Part shown: piece after piece, positions 1 to 13,118 of the stretch
Layout of the letters: each line of letters opens with the position of its first letter
How positions within the stretch are numbered: the stretch's first letter is position 1
Source of the DNA: Tubulanus polymorphus
Lineage: Eukaryota > Animalia > Nemertea
Assembly: GCF_964204645.1 (NCBI RefSeq)
Contig: NC_134035.1
Location: forward strand, 7,036,351-7,100,350
Direction: 5' to 3'
DNA: 64,000 bases
Translations under genes and position numbers: made by a program
The notes under the pieces: generated by a model
The model's database searches: none
Seen by the model: the letters and a program-made list of their open reading frames with translations, nothing else
What the model was told of the DNA's origin: nothing

Positions 1-2893
1 CTATCATATCCAAGATGGGCGGCATGTAATCTGGTTTTCATATTTTGACGCAACGACTTGGGAATGACCATCGCTTCCCCTTTTACCAGAATTCCTGTAG
101 TGCTATCATAGCTTAGCACATCACGCATGTCGTAGTACGGTCGAATATCACACGGTACATCGGTTTTCATAGCGGGCCAGCCATTAGCTATAAACGATTT
201 TAGTTTCTGTAACGTTTCATCACGTTCAGTGGCGGCTGCCACTTCAGTTATTCGAGCGTCAGGTATTGACGGAAAGTAAGAAACGTTCATCACTCGCGGT
301 CGATCATCGATTTTATCGAGATGTGCCCGACTAAGCGTATCTGCGAGCACAAGCGATTTTCCTTCACAGAAAACAAACGTGATGTCGTATCTATGTATAC
401 GCATCAGTAATGTCTGGAGCCTCTTCGGAACCTGGCTCAGAGGTTTCTTTAATATCGACGCAAGCGGTTTATGGTCGTTTTGTACGATTACCTCGCGACC
501 ATAAGTGTATTGGTCGAAGCGTTCAAGACCAAAAACTACGGCGTTCAGCTCCAACTCAATTTGTGCCCAGTTCCGTTCTGAACTGGTCAGTGTACGTGAC
601 GCATATTCGATGGGTCGGCCATCTTGAAGCAGTACAGCTCCGATACCAGTACGCGAACTGTCGGCCTGCAATACGAGTTCTTTTTTGAATCGTAGTAAAC
701 CAATACAGGAGTCGACGATAACTTCTGTTTTACTAAGCGGAGCGCTTTCTCGCAGTCATCGGACCATCTAAATGGTTCATCTTTGCGCGTAAGTGTGCGT
801 ATCGGCTCGAGATCAGTCGATAAATTTGGCAAGAACTTAGCCAAATACTGGATCATACCGCACAGTCGTTTCACGGCATGAATATCTGTCGGACGAGGCA
901 TATTTACGATTGCGTCAATCTTAGAATGATCAGCCTTGACTCCTGCTGCCGAGAAAACATGACCATGAAACTGAATCTCCGGCTTCCTAATGTCTTTCTT
1001 CCCAGATTCCTGGTCATTCAGTACGATATTGCGCTCATCACAACGTTTATACAACTTCGAGAGCTTCTGATCATGATCACGATCAGCTGCATCTTTTGTG
1101 TCCCCGCATCCGGCCACAATGATATCATCGGCTATTGCGAATGTTCCATCAAGACCCTCTAATGCCATATTTAACATTCTGCTGAATATCTCACTACTGA
1201 CTTTGAGACCAAACGGTAAACGGGTCCACCGAAATCTTCCGAAAGGAGTGATCATAGTCGTCAGCTTCGAACTATTCTCATCCAATCTGACATGCCAGTA
1301 CGCCTCTTTTACGTCGAGTTTGCTGAAGACTTTCGCATTACTCAGCATCGGCAATACATCTTCGATAGTTACAAGTTTTCGATGCTCGCGCATGAGTGCT
1401 TCATTCAGTGGTTGCGGGTCGATGCAGATTCTGATTCTTCCGGATTTTTTTTTCACGACTGCCATTTGAGATACCCACGGAGTTGGTTCAATGACTGGAA
1501 TCAATATACCACGTTTGACAAGAGTGTCTAATTCGCGTTTGACATCATCTTTAACCGCAATCGGTAAATTACGACATGGAAGGACCTGTGGTTGCACAGT
1601 CGGATTAACGGTCAATGTCACTTCACCGAGATCGCCTAATGCAGATTTTGCGATTACCTTGGCTATAAATCGATCGTTGTGAACTGTTATAAGTTTCATA
1701 TCACGCAGTGCGTTAAGACCCAGTAGACACGAGAACTTATTCTCAACAACAATGAACTGAATACAGTTGGTCTCATTAGTGCGCGGATTTAGTACATTCA
1801 ATTTCGTTTCGCCAAGCGGAGTCATCGTGGAACCATTCCACATTACTAGATCAGTACGAGAAGACGAGTGTATCAGCTGTTCTCTTTTCACGTAACGCTT
1901 ACATATTGTGTTAACATTTGCACCGCTATCAAGTTGAAATTGAACTTCACATTCATTGACGATCATTTTCGCACTGAGCAGATTTGACGGTGGCTGTTTC
2001 CGGTTGACGGCGCATAACCAATCAGTGTCTGCATCACTCTCAGAATCAGAGTGTTTCTCGGTTTCAACAGCTTTCACGACCTTAGGTTTCGTACATTTCG
2101 ATTTGAAGTGATTTTTCTCGTGACAGTTATTACATGTTTTCTTCCATGCCGGACACTTTCCACGGCCAAATTCGTGATGAAATCCGCAGAACTTGCATTC
2201 CTTTTTCGTAGATCTTACGTCTGGTGCCGGTTTTGTCTGCCGTTGATTAAAATTGCTCTTTTTGAAACTCTTTCGCGGTTTCGTTCTCGTAACCTGCTGA
2301 ACTTCTTTCGACTTTTCACGGAGTTCATCCGCCTGTTGGTTCGATTGTTCAAATGCACGGCACAATCGTATAGTCTTTGCAAGAGTTAAGTCATCTTCAC
2401 GTAAGAGAAGTGCTTGGAGCTTTCCAGCGACTGAGAAAACAATTTTGTCTCGTAGCATTCGATCTTTGGATGCTTCAAAATTACAAGCTTCTGCTCTTTT
2501 ACGGATTTCAGTCAGAAATGCGTCAAACGGTTCGATTAACTGTGTCTTCCAGAATCTATACGTTTCAATCACCTCGCTCTGTCGAGGGTTGCAGTACGCT
2601 TCCAACTTTTCAAGTAACCTGTCAGGGTTCTTGCTATCACCACTCTGGGCCCACTGGATTTGGTCATAGATTTCAATGACCTTTGGCCCAGCGCAGTGTA
2701 GAATGATAGCGACTTTCGTTTTATCAGAAGTGTGAGGTGCCACTGCAATGCTTAGGTAAATCTCTATTTGCCGCTTCCACTTTCGGAAATTCTCAGCAAT
2801 ATTGCCTTCAGTAACGTTCAACTGCGGCGGAGGACGAAACACACCAGGGGTTACCGGACAAGGTAATAATGACGAATCACCGCCGTCGGCCAT
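1..2893 (-). CDS. Gag-Pol polyprotein (zinc knuckles, aspartic protease, RT, RNase H) with a 1-nt frameshift at ~681-686
   Basis: ORF 587..2893 has CxxC...H...C knuckles (CKFCGFHH..C, CNNCHEKNHFKSKC), protease LDSGA, and RT motifs LDVKEAYWH, RLPFGL and IADDII. After the T6 run at 681-686 the shifted frame reads ELVLQADSSRTGIGAVLLQ..YASRTL..IELELNAVVFG..NDHKPL..ADTLSR (RNase H). Confidence 0.92.
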
Positions 2894-2991
2894 CTTTTCT
2901 TCTTTTGCAAAGAAACCGTTTCTATCAAGTACTCACGCGACGAATGACGATATAACAGTCTCTCACAGAGTTTAGAACGAAAATGTCGTCA

Positions 2992-3009
2992 ATCCCACCG
3001 CTGACACCA
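2992..3009 (-). promoter_or_regulatory. Primer-binding site (tRNA-Leu-like)
   Basis: Minus strand reads TGGTGTCAGCGGTGGGAT immediately after the LTR end, resembling the complement of a tRNA-Leu 3' end. Confidence 0.75.
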
Positions 3010-3163
3010 TGTTGATAACGTTCCGAGTTGATAGAAAATCAAGATAGACCAAACACACACAGAATTTCAGGATCAGCCATTTTATTACTCGCCACACACA
3101 CAGCGCCCTCTATATTATTTGCACTATTTACTGATATAAACCGATAATACTAACACATCAACA
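3010..3163 (-). repeat. Short 5' LTR (~154 bp)
   Basis: Bounded by a 7-bp inverted repeat TGTTGAT...ATCAACA (TG...CA rule), with an internal AATAAA on the minus strand, and directly upstream of the PBS. Confidence 0.75.
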
Positions 3164-3909
3164 CGGTACAATTTGATTAGGTGTCTAATTAATATTATGT
3201 CTTATACGTAACGTGTACATTCATTTTCTGTGTTGTTGTGAATAATCAGCAAACAAGACCCGTTGCTAAGTTAGCAAATAAAACTATTTTTACATGTTTC
3301 TATATATTCAATCTTGGTGTTCTTCATGCAGTTCAGCAGGATATCTGGCCCACACCTCCATCCATCAGCTTTCAAAATTGAGATTTTTACACTATATGGG
3401 ATAACATTTTAGTCAAGATTTCAGTTTCATGGAATAACATTACCAAAGACTTGTATCAACATTTCTGTACAGTTCACATCTATTTTGAAACAAATGCAGT
3501 AAAATTACTGCTAGATTCCCTATCATACCTACGGGTCTGCAGGCAAATGGTCCTTGGTTTTGTTAATTTGATTTAAAAGTGTTCTGATGGTGATTTGTCC
3601 CTCCAATGAATTGATAATTTGCTACGGCACATTTGAAATTGAAAAATGCTGCAGGTTTAAAACAATTGACATGGGTTACTGTCGCCACCAACTGCATTCT
3701 ATGATAGAATTGCTGTAGGTCAGATTTGCCCAAATTCTAAACCTGGTGCTGTTACAAATGTCTCCAACTCGATCCAACTAGTAGTTACCGTAAGTGGTTA
3801 TATGAAACTGCTTCTAGTCAGCTCTGTTTTCTCCACCCATGTAGTATTTATGTTGCCCATGTAAGTAAGTGCATACACATACAAACGACGTCCTGTTAGA
3901 AAGTGTGTT

Positions 3910-4279
3910 TCTAGTTTTGATTTTAGTAACCCTCCTAAAAATCAAGAATTCCTTAACAATGATAATAAAAAAGTTCCTGGGAAGTTTAAGGATGAATTAG
4001 GCGGTGAAGAAATGATAGAGTTCATTGGAATTCGATCATGAATCTAAAAAATTGAAAGGTATAACAAAAATGGTTGTTGAAAAAAATATTCATTTTAAGG
4101 ATTACATCAATTGTATATTTAATGAAGAAGTTAGAAAACATAAGATGAAATGTTTAAGATCTGAAGATCATGAAATGTTTATTGAAGAGATTGAAAAGGT
4201 TAGTTTAAACCCTTTCGATGATAAAAGATATATATTAGATGATGGAATCCACACAGTTGCGTATGGTTGCAATGCATGA
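3910..4279 (+). pseudogene. C-terminal fragment of a protein-primed family B DNA polymerase
   Basis: FDFSN..NKKVPGKFKDELGG..MIEFIGIRS, then after a frameshift KKLKGI..FKDYINC..EKVSLNPFDDKRYILDDGIHTVAYG, the typical Polinton pPolB C-terminus. Confidence 0.88.
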
Positions 4280-4385
4280 TGATAGATGAATACTTAAAAT
4301 TTAAAAGGGATGAAGAGATAGAGAATGAAATAATGAACAGGGTTCTAACATTTTAATCAATTTTAGTAAAAAATATGTATAACAA

Positions 4386-4990
4386 ATGGAAAGTAAACAG
4401 CCACAAACTATTGATATTATAAATAGTGTTATAAACAACTCTCGGAATATTATAATCATAAAACTCAGAAAGATGGTAGGCAAAGTTATTGTAGAACTTG
4501 TGTTAAAGAAATGAATAGACAATACCGAGCAAATAATACAGATAATCAAACGAAATGGAGAGAAAATCACCCAGATTATAACCCAGAACACTTGAGACAA
4601 TGGCGAACAGATAATCGAGAATATTATAATAATTATAAGAATAGTTATCAAAAAGAAAGGTATAAAACAGATCTTAATTTAAAATTGAAACAATGTTTAA
4701 GATCGAGATTATGAAAATTATTCAGTAAAGAAACTCATTCAGTTACAATATCTAATTTGTTAGATTGTTTGGATAAATTCTTAAAATCATGGATTGTATA
4801 TCAGTTCGATGATGAAATAAACACAAATAATTACGGAGATTATTTCCATATAGATCACGTATTGCCGATAGCTAAATTTAACATGAATGATGAATACAAT
4901 AAGAAATTGATATAGAATTGGAAGAATCTAAGACCTCCTGAAAAGAAAGAAAATATAATTAAACATGACAAACCAGATTTATAGTTATAT
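4386..4990 (+). pseudogene. HNH-type endonuclease (large-DNA-virus-like), disrupted
   Basis: Starts MESKQ, then CRTC, RYKTDLNLKLKQCLRSRL, YQFDD..NYGDYFHIDHVLPIAKF..NWKNLRP..KKENIIK. Contains stops and frameshifts. Confidence 0.7.
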
Positions 4991-5904
4991 TATAGTTAGA
5001 TTATAGTTAGAATAAGAACAACTCTACTCGAGTCATGCCTGTATATAGTTATTCATATAACTACATAGCATATAAAACGTCTGTAACACAATTGCACACA
5101 TAGATTAATCAATTTGAAAATAGTTCGATCAAACAGATGTTACCGTTCAACGTTTCATTGAAGCAGTTAGATATAAGGACGCAAAATGCATACGCAAAGG
5201 ACGTATTGGTAACATACTGAATCGCCGCTCCCTCACTGAACAGACATATATAGATACAATATCTCATACACAATATAATTCGGCGTTTTCGGTTCGTGAA
5301 GTAAATGTAAGTACTGTTTCTTTTTGTTGTGAAGAAATCGGAAATGGGGGCTACTAAATATGAAACCTTTAAATATATTTAAGTGCAGTAATTCATATTT
5401 AACAACAACTATGTGACTTTGGAGTACTCCAAACTGTAATAAGTGAGATATGAGCCACTTCCCAAACTCACAAGCAATGATTTGACTCATGCTAAATTTT
5501 AGCATAAACCTGCTTCAACTTCAAGTTAATTATATTCTATGCTAGATATATTTTAGATAACAAAATTCTATACGTAACAAGAAGACAATTGCCATTTGAA
5601 TCAAGAAAGTGAAGATGGATGTGGAATCAGAAATTATGGATGTTTCATCTCAAGAGACTGTAGCTGTTTTGTTGTACTGTATTAACATTCAATGTATTAT
5701 ATTTTACCTGAATTGCAGTTAGCTTATATATGTATTTTACATTCGGTCGTTGTTGTGGTAACAGCAACAGTTGTTCTGTATTGATTGTTACTGTTCTGTG
5801 TTTGAATGTTGTAGTTTAAAGAATAAATATTATATAATTGTGATTGGCGGTAGGTGGTTTTGCCATAATGATTTATAGGCGGTCTTGACCGCTTTGGATA
5901 TTGT

Positions 5905-5985
5905 AACGTTTTGACATTAGATTTATAAGAAACTGTTTATAAGAAATATTTTGATAATATAATATTATTCTGTCCAACTTCCTAA
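5905..5985 (+). pseudogene. Fragment of a Polinton-type (A32/FtsK-like) packaging ATPase
   Basis: Reads LDL*ETVYKKYFDNIILFCPT, resembling the segment just after Walker A in Polinton ATPases; the Walker A itself is lost. Confidence 0.5.
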
Positions 5986-6499
5986 ATCATCTTTGTTTAT
6001 ATCTAATTCATTGAAATATTTAGGCATTTCTATTTAATTTAGTTGAGCCATCCTTCTATGATAATCAATATCTATCTTAGCTTCTTTTCTTAATTTTTCA
6101 GAGTATTCATCAAAATCATCAAGATTACCAAAATCAAATCCAAAATATTTTATTAAATCATATAAATCTATTTTTCTCGAATACAATAATTTATATATTT
6201 GTTTAGTATTATTTTACGCGTAAGTTAAAAATTTATCAAATAACAACTTAAAGAATATATAATGTTGATTAGTGTTAGGATTTAAATATTTGATACATTC
6301 CTTTGGATCATCTAACAATAGTATCATACCCACATCTTTATAAACAATAATAAGATGTATTTTTGATTTATAATGAGGATTTTCATCAACAGGTTCAATT
6401 TTTTCATAACAATAATCACATATTAGTTCTCTTTCATTTTCTATACGTCCCTGAGATTTTTATGTTTAGAAAAATCACTTTTAGTAATATCGAAATTAC

Positions 6500-7047
6500 A
6501 AATACTACAATGTTTTTTAGATTCATCAATTATTTCATTATTCTCATCTGTAAATTGTTATCATTAGTTTCAATTGTATTGAAATTATCTGATATATTAT
6601 TATCATTAGTTTCAATTATATTATCATTATCATTCTTTTATTTTTCTACATGTTTCTTTGATTTCTTATGTGATGCCCAATTTTTATATGAAATATATTC
6701 CTCACATATATCACAATATTTTGGATTATCATAATCTTTTTTCGTTTCAACATCATATGTAGAGGGTATATTATAAGATATAGATGCTGTACATCTTCTA
6801 TTTTAGTTTCAATATTATTACTATCTTCTATTTTAGTTTCAATATTATTACTATCTTCTATTTTAGATTCAATTTTATTGGTATCTTCTATTTTAGTTTC
6901 AATATTCTTTTCTATTTTACTTATTCTATACTTGAATTGATTATAGAATTCTCCAAAATACTCACTATATTCATAAGGTATTATATGATATATATATATA
7001 TATATATATCCGATATCATTAAAAATGATTTTATTAATACATAACAC
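6500..7047 (-). pseudogene. Viral accessory ORF remnant with IETKIEDSNN repeats and a C2H2-like zinc finger
   Basis: 30-bp tandem repeats at ~6790-6905; an adjacent frame reads YCDICEEYISYKNWASHKKSKKH. Confidence 0.45.
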
Positions 7048-7049
7048 TA

Positions 7050-8303
7050 TCTAATTGAGAATTTATAATATTTAATTGCGCGCGTCAGATATAATATAAA
7101 TATGCATTTTATAATTTAAACCTCCTTTTTTCTTTTTCATGAATAATTGTATTCCATCTATTGTTTGTTGTAATTTTTCCCAGAACCATGTAATAAGTTA
7201 TCTTCAGTGGTTCTAAAATCTAACCATAATGCAAATTTATTACCAGTATAATAATCAATTTGATTCATTTTACAATCTTCAGATTCAGTTTATTTTTTTC
7301 AATCATAAAATGTTTTTTTAATTTCTACCCATTGATCTATCATTCTCATTCCTTGACAAAATATTTATATATATATTTTTTACATATTTGCTATACCTTC
7401 AATTGTTATTTCTACTTTTGATATTTCAGGATTATAGTAATTATCAACTTTAATTGCACCATTAGAATATGTTGCAATGGTAAAAAGTATTAATATACCT
7501 TTAATAGATCTTGGGAAGTTAATATTCTCATTAATTATTTCATCATTTGCATTAATAGTTACAGTTTTAAATTTATCAATATAATCATATAATAATGAAA
7601 ATCCTTGATTGTATTTAGTTTGAATTGTGTTACCAATAGTTTCATCAGTTACTACATCATATTCTAAACATATATTTGATAATTTATAATCCATATCTTT
7701 AACAACGCTAGATAACACAATTTCATTAACAGGAGCAAATGTTATTTCGAATATAATATCTTCTTAAATTGCATATTTATATAAAGGCGCATTAATATTT
7801 ATCAATTCAAAGTCTAATGGAATTTTATATTTGCTTCCATAAATCTGTTTTATCAAATTATCTATGTCATTAGGTACTACTGCATTATCTGCTTCGGATC
7901 TTAATTTATTTTGGTTTCCTGATTTCTGATTGATGCCTTGAAATATCATATTATTTCTATTTTCTTTTGTTAACCATAAATCTTTATAATGCGTAAATAT
8001 ATTAAAATTATCTAATGAAAAAACTGTTTCTGGTCCAATCTTTAAAGTTAATTTTTTAATCAAATATCTTCCAACATAATCTACGACATAATTATTATTA
8101 TTACCAGTTACTTTTATATCAGCTGATAAATAAATACTATTTGGAACATAAAAAGTATTATGTGTTAATCGAGAAATTCTAACATATAAAGTTTCATCAG
8201 GATTAATATTAGAAGGAGTATGAGTAATTATATGAGATCTTTCTGCTTTAATAGCATTAGATATTCTAGAATTATTTGAAGGATTTACACAACTTCCAGT
8301 CAT
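7050..8303 (-). pseudogene. Major capsid protein (double jelly-roll, Polinton/adintovirus type) with premature stops and frameshifts
   Basis: ORFs 7764..8303 and 7380..7718 are in the same frame across one stop (ITHTPSNI..YKDLWLT..FQGI..YKIPLDFEL; YKLSNICLEYDVV..RSIKGILILF..YYNPEISKVEITIEG). The frame resumes as QGMRMIDQW..KFALWLDFRTTEDNLLHGSG. Confidence 0.75.
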
Positions 8304-8329
8304 TAATTTAAGAAAAAAAAATCAATTAT

Positions 8330-9723
8330 TTATTTTTTATCATGTTTACTAATCCAAAAATAAATGCACTTACAACTGTAATTGAAAATAAAATTACATG
8401 TTCAACAGCAAAACTAATAATATTTGCAGCAGATTTTAAAACAAAACTAACAATTGATGTAATAATTCCGGGTAAAGCTCCAGCAGATTTTTTCGATAAT
8501 TCCCAGATATTTTGTTAATTTTTTTAAACCATCTTTTACTTTATCTTGTATAGAACTATTATTATTTGGTGCTTTATCTGGTTTATTAGGAGTAGGTGTA
8601 GATTTTAATGAATTTGAAATAGCTAGACCAATTGTTGTAAATATCATAGTTACAGCTGTTAGAATTGAAAGAATTGTGATACCTTCTAAAATAAATAATC
8701 ATTTTATTCTATCTTTCAATGATACTTTAGAATTTGTTTTTATTAATAAATCTTTAAAATAACTTTTAATCTATTAATATTATAATCATGTGATTTTAAT
8801 AATAATCTAATTTCTTCTTTCTGTAATTCTAAATTACATTTTAAATCATCAATTTCTTTTTCTAAACTTAATTCCTTTTGTCTATATTCAATTTCATCAA
8901 TTACTCGATGATCTAAATCTGATTTTGATTGTTTTCATCCTTCATTTGGTTTAGATAATTCTTTTTCTAAAGTTTTAATTTTAAAATCTCTTATACTTTT
9001 ATAGTGTGCAATTTTATCAGCTTCATTTCTTATACTTAATATTTCTCTAATTGCTTTATCAGAAAATATATTTAAATCTTCTAATTCTCGATTTGTTGCG
9101 TAAGAAAATCCATTCTGTAAAAGTTTTTCAGTTTGAACTCTATATTTTTTGAATTAATAACTTCTTTAGGACTTGTTTCTGGTTCTAAATTCACATTAAT
9201 TATCTTCAAAAATCATCATTTCTTCGATTAAATTCTCTTATTCTGTAACATCAGTAAGAACATCATTATTGATTTTCTTAATTCTAGATTGTTCTTATTG
9301 AATTAAAGTTGTTTTTGTTATTATTTTATCAAGACTTCTATTAGAAGATATCTTAAAATGATAGTCATCTTTCAAATGCTAATAATAATCACGATTTAAA
9401 TATTTCAAATCTTTTACTAAATAATTCACACCTTTATTAGTTATATTGAATCTAGACTTTTTTAATATTGGTTTCAATTGTTCAGTTGATTCATCATATT
9501 CTAATTCTTTTTTTTCTAGTCCTGGATTTAAATTTTCAATATTTAATCTTGAACGCGCTTTATTAACATATTCATTAGTATCAGGTCTTGCTAAATTAGA
9601 ATTATATGCTGTTTCATTATCGTTACTAAAACTTGTTTCATTAAAATCGGGTTTTTGCTCATCAGTTATACCGGATTCATCGAAAGTACCCATTTCATAA
9701 TCTTCTCCACCATCTACTTCCAT
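8330..9723 (-). pseudogene. Polinton conserved protein: acidic N-terminus, coiled coil, C-terminal hydrophobic helices (putative membrane-active virion protein)
   Basis: MEVDGGEDYEM..FNETSF, a coiled-coil region, then LKDRIK..EGITILSILTAVTMIFTTIGLAI..KSAGALPGII..SFVLKSAANIISFAVEHVILF. Multiple stops. Confidence 0.55.
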
Positions 9724-11656
9724 TTATATAATAAAAAAATTCAAAATATAATATTCCTCTTATTACAATACCTATACAAGCTAATTTAGTATTTTCATGT
9801 GATCTATTAACATTATTAGTTTTTAATTACTTCGTGATGAATATTATCAGTTTTTATATTTTGTGATGTAATGTATTCTTTTATTTAAGAATCATTATTT
9901 GATTTAATAATCTTTGTTTTAGTTTCTGTTGATTGAATATTTTTTTTAACTTTTTCACCTTCCATTAGTTTTGAGCAGTAATAATCTTTTTATTTATATC
10001 ATTTAATCCAAATGAATTATCTATTGTTGCAGTCTTAATTAAATTATTATTACCAATTATATTTCCCATTTTTGATATTAAATCATCAGAAATAATTAAT
10101 AAATTAGGACCTATACAATAATTTAATCTTACATGAGATTTATCTAAATAATTTTGATATCTTACTATATTTTCGGGCATCGATCTATTTTTATCATTAT
10201 GAATAGAATCTTCAAAAAATACTTTGATTTGTTTTTGTGGATCAAATGATGTATTTAAATTTCCAATTATGGAGGATCTTGTTTCAACCTGTGATCCTAA
10301 TATACAAAACAAATATATTCTAATAGATTGATTTATTCTTTGTATACCTGATTCTGTAAAACCTTCACTATTTTCTAAAAAAAATAAACCATGATCATTC
10401 CAACTCATTCCACATCCTGTTGTTGCGCAATAAACTGCAAAATTTAATTGGTTCTGCCAACACTTCACATTGAATTTTGATAACTATTGTTTTTCATCAT
10501 TCAATTATTTAAATTAATTAAGTATACATGCAATATATTTTCCATCTAAACATTAAAATTATTTTTAGATTCAGCGCAGCTGAATCTATTAGTTTACTAA
10601 ATGGTGCCGACTGATTAGTGTTGCACAACTTCTCCGCTTAATCTGTAGCACCTGAACGCTATGAGTGTTATGTCAACAGGATTGTTACAGTTGTAGGGTC
10701 ATAATTTCTGGTGGTATGGATATCTGGTGTATCTAATTTGGGCCCTGGGGGCTAATTTCCATACGATTTTGGGCATTTCTGAAGTGACATGTGACGTCAT
10801 TTTCGCGTGGAGGCGAACCGCAGCACGCCCATCTGAATGACATTTATACATGTAGATATACGCGCCGTAAAAAGATCCTCGTACCAGTAGGCCAACATCT
10901 TATCGCATGAGTCCGAAACTGCAAATATTTTCTAAGTAGATCCAATCGATCGTCCCTTAAAACTTTCATAATATTTTACGGGAAAATATAGTTTCCATGC
11001 GCTAGTGGATAAATGCTGAATATTGCGAATGGATACGTGACTACGGCGCGCCGCCATTGACTTACTGTGACGCGAGTCTAGAGGTTGGTACCGGCATTTT
11101 ACATTCTTTTTGTGAAAATGACAGGATTTGATGTGTAAATTATGTTTAGACTAGATGTTAATAAAGCGTTGAATCGTTTTTTGTGTCGAGAATAAGAGTT
11201 GTCAATGCGTATTTAACTGGCAATTCCACTGGTGATGTGTCTTGTCAGTTTCCCGTCCGGCGGCACTAAGGCCTAAACGTACGTCATTTTTTTTTCGCTA
11301 GCTCGGCCGGTACTTGTAGGTGATGTTAGGATATTACTTGCCCATATATCCAGACAGTGGTCTTGAATCCACGATTATGTATTTTTATCGTATTATTCGG
11401 TCCATGAATTACACAAGCGCTTTCCGGCCTTAGTTCAGTGAAGCTTCACCTTTCTTTGAATGCATTCGGTCGAAGCGACCAATATATACGTGCTGTGCTG
11501 GGTACAGTAGTACAGCACTATATTCATTGATGTTTATACATGCAATGATACATACGTAGTTGTACAACCACAGACGCAATTTTGTTCATTAAAAAAGCAA
11601 TACCTTACTTCTGGAGTTACCGTTTTGGCGCTTGGGCTTAATATTAATATTCCAAT

Positions 11657-12190
11657 AAGGCCATCAACCCGTAACCCGACCGACCCGACTTCAAAGGTAC
11701 CGGGTGAAAACTTTTTTTTCTGGGATTCAGTGAAATAAATTTATTTTTTATAAAAACGGCCGACAGACCCACTGCCGATGTATGAGCTACGTATGTTTGA
11801 AGTGTGCATGGTGTGAAAACATGCCTTGACATGTGGCCTAGTTTAAGTTTTCCAGGAAACTGGCGGTGTTCCAATAAGCTGCCATTCATTCTAATAGTGA
11901 CTATATTAAAGCTGGGATCATAAAAGCGCGCATATATTCAAGTACTGTTCCATTTTTAACAGAGATTACGCTCTGGACGAGGTTATAATTTTAGAATAAT
12001 TCTTGAAATCTACGCAACGCTATTCGACAAATTTTCTGTGCACAACGTAGATTTGTGTTATTTTTTCCACGTAACAAAGGTGATAAATTTGTTTTTTTGC
12101 CCAAAGATTTTGCAAAAAAATTTCTACCTACCTACCTGAAAAGTTGAGTCGGTGTTACGGCAAACAGACAATTATTTTGGGATAGCCTAA
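11657..12190. mobile_element. Possible MITE nested in the Helentron
   Basis: Imperfect terminal inverted repeats (TAAGGCCATC / GATAGCCTAA), with related CCGTAAC-CCGAC subterminal motifs on both arms. Confidence 0.35.
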
Positions 12191-12455
12191 AATATAAGGC
12201 TACTTTATTTTTCATCCTTGAGTTCATTTATTTCAACAAGAAATACATACCGATATAGGCTTAGCCATATAAAGATCAATTTTTTTGAAACCCGGGGATA
12301 TAAAAGGCCTAACTATTGAAACCCCATTATGATGCCTGCTTAAAATGCCACATCCCTGCGCTGCAATATTAATAACCCTGATATGCACCGTTAATAATTT
12401 ATAGTTAATAATTTTTACATTCCATTTTGACCAGGTGTCCGCTTCACTACTAGGC

Positions 12456-13118
12456 CTACCATACACTAATATTAACCCTTCACCACTTACCATGCACTGA
12501 TACTAACCCTTCACCACTTACCATACGCCGATATTAACCCTTCCCCACATACCATACGTCGATATTAACCCTTCCCCACTTACCATACACTGATATTAAC
12601 CCTTTACCGCTTACCATGCACTGATATTAACCCTTCACCACTTACCATACGCCATTATTAACCCTTCACCACTTACCATACACTGATATTAACCCTTCAC
12701 CGCTTACCATGCACCGATATTAACCCTTCACCACTTACCATACGCCGATATTAACCCTTCACCACTTACAATTCACCGATATTAACCCCTTCGCCACTTA
12801 ATATACACTGAGTTTAACCCTTCACCACTCACCATGCACTGATATCAACCCTTCATCTCTGACCATACACTGATATTAACCCTTCAACACTTACCATACA
12901 CTGATATTAACCCTTCACCACTTACCATACACTGATATTAACCCTTCACCACTTACCGTACACTGATATTAACCCTTCAGCACTAACCATACACTGATAT
13001 CAACCCTTCACCTCTGACCATACACTGATATTAACCCTTCAACACTTACCATACACTGATATTAACCCTTCACCACTTACCATACACTGATATTAACTCT
13101 TCACTACTTACCATACAC
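12456..13118. repeat. 31-bp minisatellite, about 21 copies
   Basis: Consensus ACTGATATTAACCCTTCACCACTTACCATAC; units are contiguous with no spacers. Confidence 0.95.

Larger units (their letters stand above)
1..3163 (-). mobile_element. Ty3/Gypsy LTR retrotransposon (Mag/K02A2.6-like), 5' portion; continues beyond the window start
   Basis: 5' LTR, tRNA primer-binding site and gag-pro-RT-RNaseH in Gypsy order on the minus strand. Confidence 0.93.

Noticed and set aside
410-2679. Several plus-strand ORFs
   Set aside because: Antisense shadows of the Gypsy gag-pol frame.
12456-13118. Regular 31-bp repeats as a CRISPR array
   Set aside because: Units are contiguous with no unique spacers, there are no cas genes and the context is eukaryotic.
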